A DNA stretch of 48,552 bases, filler included, from Sphacelaria rigidula (Eukaryota), in the NCBI GenBank assembly GCA_964200075.2. It is 2 parts of 2 records of this genome, joined end to end, with 100 filler letters (N's around TTAATTAATTAA, not from the genome) between each part and the next. Parts side by side here need not be neighbours in the genome. Positions count along the whole stretch, not along the records: positions 24,346 to 48,552 come from CAXNAA020000216.1; 1 more part is not named here. One strand, written 5' to 3'. Position numbers and translations under genes: made by a program. The notes under the pieces are model-generated. The model made no database searches. It worked only from the letters and a program-made list of their open reading frames with translations, and was not told where the DNA came from. Of the stretch, positions 38,001 to 48,552 are shown piece after piece. How positions within the stretch are numbered: position 1 is the stretch's first letter; each line of letters starts with the position of its first letter.

Positions 38001-39814
38001 GCAAGGCCACGACTCGAGGCGGAGTTTGCGATGAACGAAGTATTGAGGATGGTTGTCGTACCGCCGAGGCGCAGAGCTCCGCCTACATCTGGCAGAGCAG
38101 GATTGGACACCGAGCACGGTCGAAGTACTCGTGGATAGTTGGTTGAGCGGGTATTTGAAATGCACTTCGTACACGGAAGAGGCAGCGATCAACGAATGAC
38201 AAGCGCGCGTTCTCAGTACATTTGTGCCGTACCTGCCAAGTTGTTCTCGAAGTACGACGAAATGAATTCTTCATGCCCGAAAGTAGTTTCCACGCCCCCT
38301 CCGGTCTCTGTCGCATAATTTCTAAAAAAACGGCATTTCAAAAACTTTGCGGGCGAGGGGGTTACTTCGTCCCCATTTCCCGTGCCATATGTTGCAACCG
38401 CGCCACCAACACGTGCCGAGTTGAACTGAAACGTAACCATCTCGAAAGTCTGGCCACTCGGATTCGCAGATGAAAACACGGCTCCTCCGTTCCTAAACGC
38501 TGTGTTGCTGGTGAAAATAGTCTCGCCAGAGATGGAGACGAACGAAGTCTGTGATAAAGATCCGTACAGACCTAATGCACCGCCGTCGCCTGTAGCAGCC
38601 GTGTTGTTCCGAAACGTAGTGAGGCCATCGCACACGATGCGGTGATCGAGAGTAGCGTACAGCGCACCTCCATCGCCGTGAGCAAGGTTGTCGGCATATG
38701 TGGTGTTCCCCTTGCTCCATGACACGTCCGAACCCCAGACCCACATCGCACCTCCTCTGTCGGCGACGTTTCTTTCGAATGTCGTCACGCCGGTCCAGGA
38801 AGCTTTTGAAGAAGTATGGACGACCAGACCGCCTCCTGTCCAGGCGGCGGTGTTTTGCTCGAACGTTGTCGTACCACCCCAAGTCCCGGTGGAACTACCG
38901 TGGATATTAAGCCCTGCTCCGTCTCGGGCAGAATTTTGGATGATCGTGGTGTTACCATTCCAAGAGATGTTGGACGAGTCGGATACATAAACCGCGCCAC
39001 CCCAATAAATCGCCTCGTTGCTAAAAAATGTGGTACTTCCATTCCACGACGCTGTGGATGACTCATCTATCCTGATCGCGCCTCCATAGTCTGCTGCGTT
39101 TTTACTAAACTTCGTACTTTCAGAATTCCAAGAAGCTGTAGACCTGCGTGCTAATATCGCCCCTCCGTGAGGAGCGTTGTTCCTCGCGAATGTTGCGTCA
39201 CCCTTCCATGAAATGCTCGAGCCACCATCTACAAACACGGCACCCCCCGCACTGTTTGCAGTGTTGTCTGTGAAGACTACTGCATCATTCTCCAACAACA
39301 CTTCCGAAGACGCGTTAATCATGATCGCACCTCCGTACCGAGTAGCGACATTCCCCGTTACAATTATGTCGCCGCGTAGCAAAACTCTTGAACCACCTTC
39401 TACGTTGATAGCCCCGCCGTCGGAAGATGAGTTGCCGTTGGCAAGGGTCATGTTCGCAAGGTGCAAGGACGAATTACCGCTGAGGGAAATCAACTGGGTT
39501 GTGTGATCCCCGTCCATGATGCCCCCGGTTGGTCCGGCTCCCGTGATGCTGAGCGATGTGCCGCCAGAAACATCAATGGGTTGGGCAATAACCACGTCCC
39601 CGACCCAATCCACGGCAAATTCACCGTTCAAGCATCGAAGAGAGCTCGCGAGATCAGCGGCATTTGCGGTGCTGGCTACAGTCAAGCGGTTTGTGCCAGT
39701 ACCGCAAGGCTGCAGCGTCTGGGATCCAGTGAAGGCTAGTAGAAGAAGGCCAGCTTGCAGTCGGCACATAGCTCGGAAGAGTCCTATACGCGAGAACCTG
39801 GAAAGGGTGCCCAT
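35051..39814 (-). CDS. Polymorphic-outer-membrane-protein (PMP)-repeat/adhesin-like multi-pass membrane protein, 5 exons, 1138 aa
   Basis: Exons 39814-38233, 38088-37904, 37570-37282, 37153-36891, 36148-35051 total 3417 nt, ATG to TAG with consistent phases. N-terminal hydrophobic signal, about 15 repeats of FxxNxAxxGGA(I/V/L), Cys-rich linker (GYWRA..C..PDAC.GG..C..GY.G.YCAVC), then 8-9 hydrophobic segments with KIVVVVWQI, TFAC, YLRADYRILC, YYEVIECGRR. Confidence 0.9.
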
Positions 39815-41129
39815 TTACGAGATGAGCAACGTGGGGGGACACTTGTTTCGTTACACAAGCTATTGGCAACCTCGTAAGTTGTTGTCCACTGGTGTGGGAT
39901 TATCGTGGATTGTACGCGTTAGGATGACGCGACGCACTCCGAGTTCTCATAGTTGGGGTATTTTCGTCAGAACACCTCAACACTCATCAGCTGCTATACG
40001 TTTCCGAGACAGTACACGAATTCATGGCTGCACAGTGGATATATCGCTATCCACAGTCTCGAAGCGACTGTTATCGGAGGTCGGCCAGCGCTCAGAAATG
40101 GTCATATTTTGTGCACGAAATACATGTATCCTAGATTAAGTGATTCGGCAATACGATCAAGCAGATCATTTTTTGACTACGAGGTGACGGATGACGTCTC
40201 CATCCCCACACACGTCGCACAGGCAACAATCAAATGTGATATGTTGATCATAAGGCCTTAGAACTGTGCCGAGTTAACCGCGTGTTTATTATTGAGACGT
40301 GTAGAGTATACCACCTCCAGTGCACGGGCAGGTCCATGATATGCTGTCTATTGGTGCAGCGACTTGGATACGAGTTACATGAGATTGGGCCATTGCCTAC
40401 TCTGCAGCATAACTTCGAGTACTTAACATTTGATATATGTAGAGAGGGGTGTTGCTGGTCACTTCCTTCAACGAAGACTGTGTGTAGACAACACCTGTCT
40501 TGAAGTCTCCAAGCACTAGTGAGGGTGAAAGTCAGGAGCGATCTCGTGGCCTTATTCTGAGTCCAGAAGGGTCTTTAATATATCAACGTATTCCAGGAAC
40601 CCGCTGGTTTCTGGGTAAGGTTTGTTCTAGCTGCGGAGATTCTCTGTCCAGTTGTACCGTGTGTACGGTGTGTACACGGTGAGGACGCTCGCTGAAGAAC
40701 AGACAGGCGGCCATGTTGGCTGAAAATGTCTTGCGCCGGACCACAGCTGAAGTGTGCGATGCAGACCCCTAACGAGTAACTGTTGTGTCATTTGGCATAG
40801 TTGTCGGCGACTCGTGAAACAGTAACAATGATGGGAAGGTGCGAAGAACACATGCTATTGTGGAGAGACTGGGAAATGGGGACGTGCGCATAGGTGACAC
40901 ACGAAATACCTGTCATCCAGTCCACCGGAGGACAAAAAACAAAAGACAAGCGGTACGACACGACGGTGTGTATATCGAAGTGGAGCTTATGAAGTTCAGA
41001 TTTTGTGTCGTATCTCTCAAAATTAAGCCGTTTTCCTCGGATCAGCCCTCCAGATAACAACGTTTACGTCAGCAAGTAGCGCTCGAGATAGAACATGACA
41101 ATACCACATTGCCGTACATTTTCCCCCGT

Positions 41130-41501
41130 AAGACTGTGTATGTGTTGTCATCCCATGTGTTCTAGACGCCAGTCTAGACCTTTCGGTATATGTGGGCGCA
41201 TCAGTCAGGGTCGCACAGGGGGAAGGCCAACACCGGAGCTTTTCCATTTTTCTTTTGTTTTAAGTACTCCATCTCCCTTCTGCGGCGCTTGCCTTGTTTT
41301 TTATCGCGAGAGAGGTTCAGCAATCCCTTTCCCTCGTCGACCATGTCGAACTTTTTGTGTACCCCACGACAGGGTCGCTCGCCACTGTTGGGCATGGTGT
41401 GAGAAAAAATCCCAGATCATGTGACTGCACCGAGATTCGAACCCACGACCCAGCCGTCAGAAGGTTTCGAGGTTACCAACTGAGCCACCGGGGCGACCGG
41501 C
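41130..41501 (-). mobile_element. tRNA-derived SINE
   Basis: Minus-strand A box GTGGCTCAGTTGG and B box GGTTCGAATC, no acceptor stem, roughly 300-bp body ending in a CA-rich tail. Confidence 0.75.
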
Positions 41502-43517
41502 TTCAAGATTGTAACGGTGAAATCAATCTGTGGCTGTGGTATTTAAAAAAAGCAAGGAACACTGCAGTCAGCACACCGTGCCATATTTGCCGCGAAATCG
41601 AATCGGACCAAAGGCAGCATCCAAGTTAAAGGCCGGTTCGGGGGTGGAGCGTAATGTGGACGTTTTGCAAGTTAATGTGGCTAGAGGGGGTAAGAACGCT
41701 GAAGATGCAGACAAGGTTATCGCTCCAGCCACAAGCTGAAGGCTTAGGTGATCAATAACCATTTGGCTCCACCCACACTCGATAAAATATTTAATGTAAA
41801 GCTGATAACAGAAGAGAGGAGGTGGTGAGTGCATTAAAAGGTCTGAGTGTGCATACAGTCGAAGAAAGGTCTCGACTCGGAGAGGGGGTGGTATTCATGT
41901 TTACCAAAAACGTGAAATCCAGGAACACTTGCAACATTACGAGCTGGGCCAGGCTAGAAACAACTTTGAGCTTGAAAAGTGGATTCCCCATCTGAGGTCT
42001 GAGTTGTGGGTTGTATCGCATAATAAAAGGAATACATGCGGCAAACCGAGAGTGTTTGTTCACGAGCTGAGGGCAAGAAACGATATATGTTGTTCACAAA
42101 AGCGCCGTCAACTCATGAAGAAACAAAAACCAATATGCCGCGTGCTTTCTTTGTTCTTTCGCTGGTATAACCATAACAAGTTCCAAAGCACAACTTAGGT
42201 GCGAGATTCAGTGAGTGTAGAACATTATTATAAACTTAGTATGGACTCATCAAAGCGCCACATCTCTCGACGAATAATCGAGGTGGAGGTGAGGATATTG
42301 ATCGTTTTCCCGTGCCTCAGGAAATGTCCACGTCAAAAATCAGCGTCAACTACTGATTTGATTTCGACGAGGGTTCAGACAGACTGTAGTATCGAGATAT
42401 CTTCGTACCTCGGGGGTTCACTCGACATGGCATTTGAACATCGAGAAAGGATTTGACCGGGCGGTCGAGTACATGGACCTCTGCTCCTTGATTTGGCTAT
42501 GAACAAGGTGTGTGGATCACGGCCCAAGTCGTGTTAGTCGACGAGATATGACTTTGACAGCTGAAGAACGATTCTAGGCTAACCCAGCTCGTAGACACAA
42601 CAAGGCTGCGCCGTGCCAGTTCAGAAATGGACCTTCAGACGACCGGAGAGCGGCAGCCTGGTGAGAAATCCCGCTTTGATCCACAGCTAATTGCGCAGTA
42701 CTCGACTAGAACTCATCATTACAACCAACGCGTGGAGCTGTGGATCCGGCAAGGGACAAATCCTGCCTACTTTGAGCAATGTCGAATCCGGCATAAACAT
42801 TGCAGCTGGTCAAGAATGGTTTTGAGAAAATTCGTCCCCTGGACGATCGCGCCGGAGCGGGACCCACGGACAACATTGCAGGCATCATGCATGGCGCTTA
42901 TCACAAGACTGGTGTAGACGGAAATGTTGGAGACAGTGTCGTGGTGGCTACTGTTTCCGCTCACAGGTGTCTCGATTATCATGTACCGACTATTGGGCGT
43001 CCGTATCGGTAGACAAGCAGGCCGGGTTGAAGAAACTGAAAGCTCTATAGTCCGCTCGGTACGGTGGGTCGACAGTGGCAGCTGTAAACGATCTGAACAA
43101 GTACGACTATCGCGACTGAGTCCACACCTGATCTTCGACGTAGTGCTTCAGCTGGATGAATTCTACCGTGGTGCATTTCCGCTTCTTGCGACAAACGTGT
43201 GCACTCACATTCTTCGTTTCCTCCGAGGTAGCGAAGGTCTCTGGCTGCTGATTTTCACGCTAGGCCGCTGCTGTGATGTGACGGACCGGGCTACGTGGGA
43301 GAGTAGTAAAACAAGGTGTGTATTCGGAAGGGGAGGCGATACCAGAACGGAGGGCGCGGGGGGGGGGTTACTCATGATGTTGTATGCCGTGGTCCTTCGA
43401 GCATTGACCTCGCATCCCTACAAAGCCGGGACGGAGTCGACTCACGAACCCGTTCGCGGGGTAAGTATCGGGTAAGATTTTCTCCTTCCTTCAAGGAAAA
43501 AAGAAGTCAATAAATCA

Positions 43518-43943
43518 TCTTCGAAAATTAGGTTTACTGAAAACTGAGTTTCAACTCCGAACCAGTGCTTTCGCTGACCTGAAGTCATGGCAAATGACGT
43601 CCGTATGGACGGCCTCATACCCCCCGACACCCCTGAAACTATTATGGGGGTTTTCCCTCTCTCCTTTCCTCAAAGGGTATGAGCGAAATCACCATTTTCG
43701 GGCTGAAGTCGTCCCCTTTTCACCCCGGAATCAAGGCCAAAAGATACCTTCGCTCATACACTTTGGGGGGAACGGAAGACGGGAAGCCCCCAAACTATTT
43801 TCAGGAACGTCGAGGGGCGTGAGGTTGTCCATGTCAAAGTCATTTGGGTCGCCCGTATGAAGGTCATTTGTCATGTCTAGGATTTCGGAAAGTATTGTTA
43901 TGGTTTTGAAACTCATGTTTAATGTTCGATATTATTTCGAAGA
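43518..43943. mobile_element. Degenerate foldback element with arms of about 170-200 bp
   Basis: Four nested complementary blocks, e.g. caaagggtatgagcgaa/ttcgctcatacactttg and catggcaaatgac/gtcatttgtcatg. Confidence 0.7.
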
Positions 43944-44313
43944 CTATATGTTGTTCGTTGCTCACTTCATTCACTGGATACGTCATAAGCCTGACTATGT
44001 CCTAGAACTACTGGTGAAAATCTGATACCCGCCCTGTGTACATTTTCCACCACCTGCGTAACCCGAGGACGTTGAGTAGGTGCGGATAATGTGTAGCGGC
44101 GCCACTGTGTAAGGCGGCTCTATGTGCCCCCCCTTTCTCTGTGGCAAGAGCGGTGTCGTGGGCGGACGGGCTTTGTGGCGAGTTCCACCTCTGCCCTTTC
44201 GGTGATATTTTCGTGCATGACTCATGGAACTATCACCTATACGGTGACAGTTTGGTTATCTGGAATAACAAAAGTACAAATGGAACTATAACTTTCTTTG
44301 CAATTCTCCACAA

Positions 44314-44530
44314 AGGGATCACGGGAACGGTGACATTTTGTGAATCCTCCGCAAAAGTGTCATCGTTTCGATGGCTTTTGGTGAACTGTTTACAGAATGA
44401 TTACCGCAACGGTAGTTTTCTATATCTCGATTCACAAAAGGCGACGGTGACAGTTTTGTAAAGCCACAGTCTCCGCGATACTTCTGCGAACCTAGAGGAG
44501 ATTCACAATATGTCATCGTTCCCGTTACCC
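44314..44530. mobile_element. MITE-like element with roughly 35-bp TIRs
   Basis: gggatcacgggaacggtgacattttgtgaatc vs gattcacaatatgtcatcgttcccgttaccc; the motif cggtgaca recurs inside and upstream. Confidence 0.7.
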
Positions 44531-44544
44531 TTTTTTTCATCCAG

Positions 44545-46840
44545 ATTCTTTCTCGTAGCTCCTACAGAGGTAGGAAACACCACACAGTCTGTGGGCGTCG
44601 ACGACACCGCCCTCATTACCCAACGTACCCAGGTTACCCATGCAGTGACCGATGCGCATACGACGGGTATCAGGTTGGCAACACCAGTTCCAGGACATGG
44701 CCAGATTTATGACGTTTGTGAAGCACAACGCGAATCAGGTGAGTAACGTAGCATTTGTGAGGTCCCGTCTTGACGAGAGAAAAAAACAAGAATGCACGGT
44801 AAGAATGAGAACGAGAATGATTCTGGCGGCTTCCATGTTGTTCTCTTATTTTGGTCCTCCCGGTTGGTTGAGGGTGGACGGCTCATTCCAATCAGCCCCA
44901 AAATCACTTTCACGCTGTTTTCATCAGCTTTTTCTTTGATCGAAAAAGTGCCGTGACAAAGCGTTTCTTGTACCTGGTGCATCCACGTCATTCATGTTCT
45001 CAGATGACTTCAAGTCGTGTCTACAGTTATTCGGGAGCGACCGACAGACAGAGTGAACAACAGAAAATCTTCGCCTTCTCAATTGAAAAAAGCCGCAAAA
45101 AAGAACGAAGGGGCATCTGACTCCTATCTTGCAGACCACTACGTCAGATGCCCCTCGTTCACGAGATCACGCAAATAGGAAGACTCCCATCTGATAATTC
45201 GTGATTTCAACCATCTTTTTCGTGTTGACGATCGTTGAAATCACGACCCACCAAATCGGAAATCTTGTTTTCCATCGCACGTTTTTATCGAAAAGACGTA
45301 AAAAAAATCGTGAAGCGGTACTTGTTCACTTGTATTCGATACAGAAAGCGCAGTGCAGTCTGTACTGTCTGCACAGTGTGTCTTTAGTTTGCAGTAGGAT
45401 GCGAAGAAGGAGGGCAACGTGCAGCACAGAAAACACATGACTGTATGTACTCTCTATATACAGGAGGATGTGAGACGATTTGAAGAGCGCGAGGTTTCGT
45501 ACTGCCTATACTATCCATGAGAGTGTACGCAAGTCCGTCGCCCACCTTATCACGCAATTCCGTCGCCGACCCCTGCAAATAAAGATGCTCAAGTTATTGG
45601 GTGAATCAGGCGAACGAGAGGACAACATCCACCTTCTATCCTCAACACGTTCTGTTATGCCCTCTCTGCCCTCCGGTGAGGGCATGGTGGGGATCGTTCT
45701 GCGCTGTTACTGCTACAACAGGTCACGCAACGTGGAAAAATCTGCCGTGCCATTGTTTGCCAGATATGGACGGTGATACGCGGTACGACCACCACTCCAG
45801 GGTGGACGTCAGGGAGAAGCTGCAGAAGCACGTTGATTGGAATCACGCGGAGATCTTGATCCCAAGACCCAGTGACACAGAGATGGAGACCATACTGCGG
45901 AAAGGAGGGGTATTTGAGGAGAAACCAGAGCAAACCCAGTTGTGGTGAGTATCTTGCAGCAGCGGACCGTACCTGCGTGTATTGCCTGACTATAGTGCAA
46001 CCACCCTTCGCGGTCAGTACCCGGCAGTCAAAGGCACGTAGGTACGTAGGTATGTAGGTATGTAGGTACGTAGGTGCGAGGGTACATCGGTACGTGGGTA
46101 CGTGGGTACGTGAATATGTGGGTACGTAGGTACGCCGGTACATAGATACGCAGGTGCTTACCTGGTGAGTACCTGTTGCGGTTTGTAATATTTCATCGCA
46201 ATAGTTTTCCCTGCAACTCGACAGGGATCATGGAGATTCCCCCTGCTTAGGCGAGAAGTTTCAAGGTGTACTCAGCCCTGAGCAGATCGACGGAAACACT
46301 CTCCGAGCCTAAATGTCCCGGCGAAAGGTTAGGTGCGGCGAAGAAACGCTCGAAAGCAACGGGCAAGGGGAAAGGGAAGGGGAAGCCGAAGCTGAAGGTG
46401 ACCGCGAAGGCCGAGGTGAAGAGGAGGGCAAACGCGAAGAATGTGGCTAAGGAAAATCGGATAGGGAAGGGGCAGGCCTACGTCTCGGACGATTCAGATA
46501 ACGATGGTAGCGACGACGATAGCAGCGACGACGACGATTCAGATCGCGGGAGCGATGACAAGAACGATAGCGACGAAAGCGATGGCGAGGAAGACACCAA
46601 GGACTCCAGCAGCGAAGGGGGCGTGACAGAAAGCGACTGCATGCCTGCCAGGAAGCGTGGAAGGAAGACTCTCACGCGACGTGTCAGTGGTGGAGGTAGT
46701 GGTGACTCCAGCCCCTCGCAGCACCTCCAAGCGTGATGTGGACCCCGAGGATGATCTCGCGTCATGGAAGACGAAATTCACCGACAAGCTTCCCAAGTGA
46801 GAAGCAGCCTGTCTCGCTGACCTTCCCGAACTCGAGCTTA
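44545..46840 (+). pseudogene. Degraded spliced gene of unknown function with a Lys-rich and Asp/Ser-rich 3' part, possibly transposon-borne
   Basis: Exon-like blocks about 44545/44559-44738, 45464-45600, 45764-45944 and 46225 onward, with good AG/GT sites. Joining them needs a frameshift near 45480 and another to enter the KGKGK/DSDDD frame (ORF 46266..46736). Confidence 0.45.
46036..46150. repeat. Degenerate (GTACGTAG/GTACGTGG)n 8-mer tandem repeat
   Basis: Directly visible; lies inside an intron of the 44.5-46.8 kb pseudogene. Confidence 0.85.
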
Positions 46841-47130
46841 TAGCACCGGATAGCCGTTTCCCGTAGCTGAGGATCTCGTCTCTGTGCCGAGTGTCGAAGC
46901 TCGATTCGAAACCATCGGATATCCGTTCGCCGAGTGCCGAAGCTCGAGTTCGGGAAGGTCGGCGGGACAGGTTGCTTCTCACTTGGGAACTTGTCGGTGA
47001 ACTTCGTCTTCAATGATGCAAGGAGATCATCCCCGGGGTCTACATCACGCTTGGAGGTGTTACGAGGGGCTGCAGTCGCACTACCCCCACCACTGATAGG
47101 TCGCGTGAGAGTCTTCCTTTCACGTTTCTT
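46650..47130. repeat. Long inverted repeat, arms 46650-46839 and 46940-47130, spacer about 100 bp
   Basis: Left ..ggaagactctcacgcgac..ccttcccgaactcgagctt is the reverse complement of right aagctcgagttcgggaagg..gtcgcgtgagagtcttcc, with scattered mismatches. Confidence 0.92.
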
Positions 47131-48552
47131 AGACCACTGTTTATGGGGACCCGTCTGTATTTGTATAGTCATGAAGATTTCAGCCCGTTTACAGGCTATT
47201 TTCTTCCGTGGATTGATTTTTCGGACCCCACTCAGTTGGGCAACGTTCTTCGGCTAGCTGTGAGAAAACCAGAACAATTCTCCGACTGTTTGGACGGTGG
47301 CGTTTGGTATACCCCCCTTCACCTTTCTCCTCGAATCGGAACACTCCCGCATTTCCCCCGAGTTTGGTTGGTGTTCCGCCCAAAATCAAGGGAAATAACC
47401 GCCGATCATCGAAATTGAGGATTGAGCTTTTCGTGGAGGATGAGGACCCGGAGAATTCAAATCTCCGTATCCACACCAAATCTTCGGACCATTGTTTCAT
47501 TCCTTTACCTACTGGTAGCCATCGACAACTACTACACGCTATACAAATTTGGATTTCGATGACCGAAATGTTGGGGTCCTAGGTGGATCATTTCAATCCA
47601 CGGAAAAAAAACGCTTGTAGACGAGAATGGACCGCCGTGCCCCGGTGGTGTAGTTGTCCGACTGTCGCGATTAGGGTGGAGAAAATGGGGGTCCAATTCC
47701 CGATGTGTTGGGTTTTTCTCTTCGTAGTATCTGATTTTCACTAATGGAAAGCGTCAGAACGTGAGTAAACAAAATGTAGTTGACTTAGTTTGTTTGATGA
47801 GAGTTGATGCGGTGGGGGAGTGCTGACCCAATCCGCGACATTAAAATGCAAGGCGAGTATCGGGGAGAGATGGGATGATCCCTCGAGACTGTGAGACCAC
47901 GGGCTCGTCCCGAGGAAGGGGAGGCGTTCAAAGTGCGACAAACAAATGAATAATGAATAAAAAAAACACGCTGAAATCCCTTATACTGTACGAAAAAAGG
48001 TTGGTGCCCATAAAAAGTAGTCTCAGGTCGTGTCTTTACAAATAATGTTTCGATCGATGAAGAGCAATGCTACGGTAGGGTTTGCACTTATTGTTCCTGG
48101 GTCTCTTCTTTGTAGAAACCCAAAAATATGGGGCTTACTGTGCAACCCAAATCTCCAGGGACCAGACTCCCAGAAACATGGTGTTTGCACGCAGGGGCCG
48201 TTTCGTGAATCGGCATCACACACGTGGACAGATAGCACCCTGTAGGACACCTCTACAGGGTTCAGCAACCCTGTACAGCATTTCCGAACCCCAGTACCTG
48301 TTGTTGTGAACCGACACGGGTCTTTCGGGGCACTTCACGCGGGACTACTGCATCGCAGGATGGGGCAAAACGCCGAACCAGACATACAGCTTCATACAGC
48401 GTTGGGGGGTCGGGGTCGGGGGCACGGAGAGGGTGGTATTCGATCAGACGGTTTGGTCGGCGGAGGTGGTGTCAGGGGCGGTCGCGATAGGAACGGCGGT
48501 AGGGGGGGGGGGGGGGGGGGGGGAGCAGGACGGGAAGGCGGCGCGCCGTGCC

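Noticed and set aside
35051..39814. Bacterial contamination or recent horizontal transfer of a Pmp autotransporter
   Set aside because: The gene has four spliceosomal introns and an alpha-helical multi-TM C-terminus rather than an autotransporter beta-barrel
39177..40139. Plus-strand ORFs of 109 and 207 aa
   Set aside because: Largely antisense shadows of the PMP-repeat exon
41420..41501. tRNA gene (also 12915-12985)
   Set aside because: A and B boxes are present but there is no acceptor stem or clean anticodon arm; each continues into a repeat body, so these are SINE heads

Overview
Eukaryotic, intron-rich, repeat-rich genomic DNA. It is most likely a brown alga or other stramenopile, inferred from short exons in long introns, an axonemal dynein and a PMP-repeat multi-TM gene family. 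Most six-frame ORFs are spurious, so I rebuilt genes by hand from splice sites and phase continuity. (1) A minus-strand multi-exon gene at about 7.9-23 kb, possibly extending to 2.7 kb, encodes a long charged/low-complexity protein with three Tudor-like barrels and two AT-hooks. (2) A synthetic 100-bp scaffold linker (44N-TTAATTAATTAA-44N) lies at 24246-24345. (3) Seven phase-consistent plus-strand exons (24984-31158) encode 300 codons of an outer-arm axonemal dynein heavy chain; no further dynein exon is recognisable in the remaining 17 kb. (4) A complete 5-exon minus-strand gene (35051-39814, 1138 aa) encodes a signal peptide, about 15 GGA(I/V/L)...FxxN beta-helix repeats, a Cys-rich linker and 8-9 TM segments; it is probably nested antisense in a dynein intron. 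(5) A degraded spliced gene at 44.5-46.8 kb ends in a roughly 480-bp inverted duplication. Introns are packed with tRNA-derived SINEs, TIR/foldback elements and two dispersed repeat families. No rRNA, true tRNA or CRISPR array is supported.
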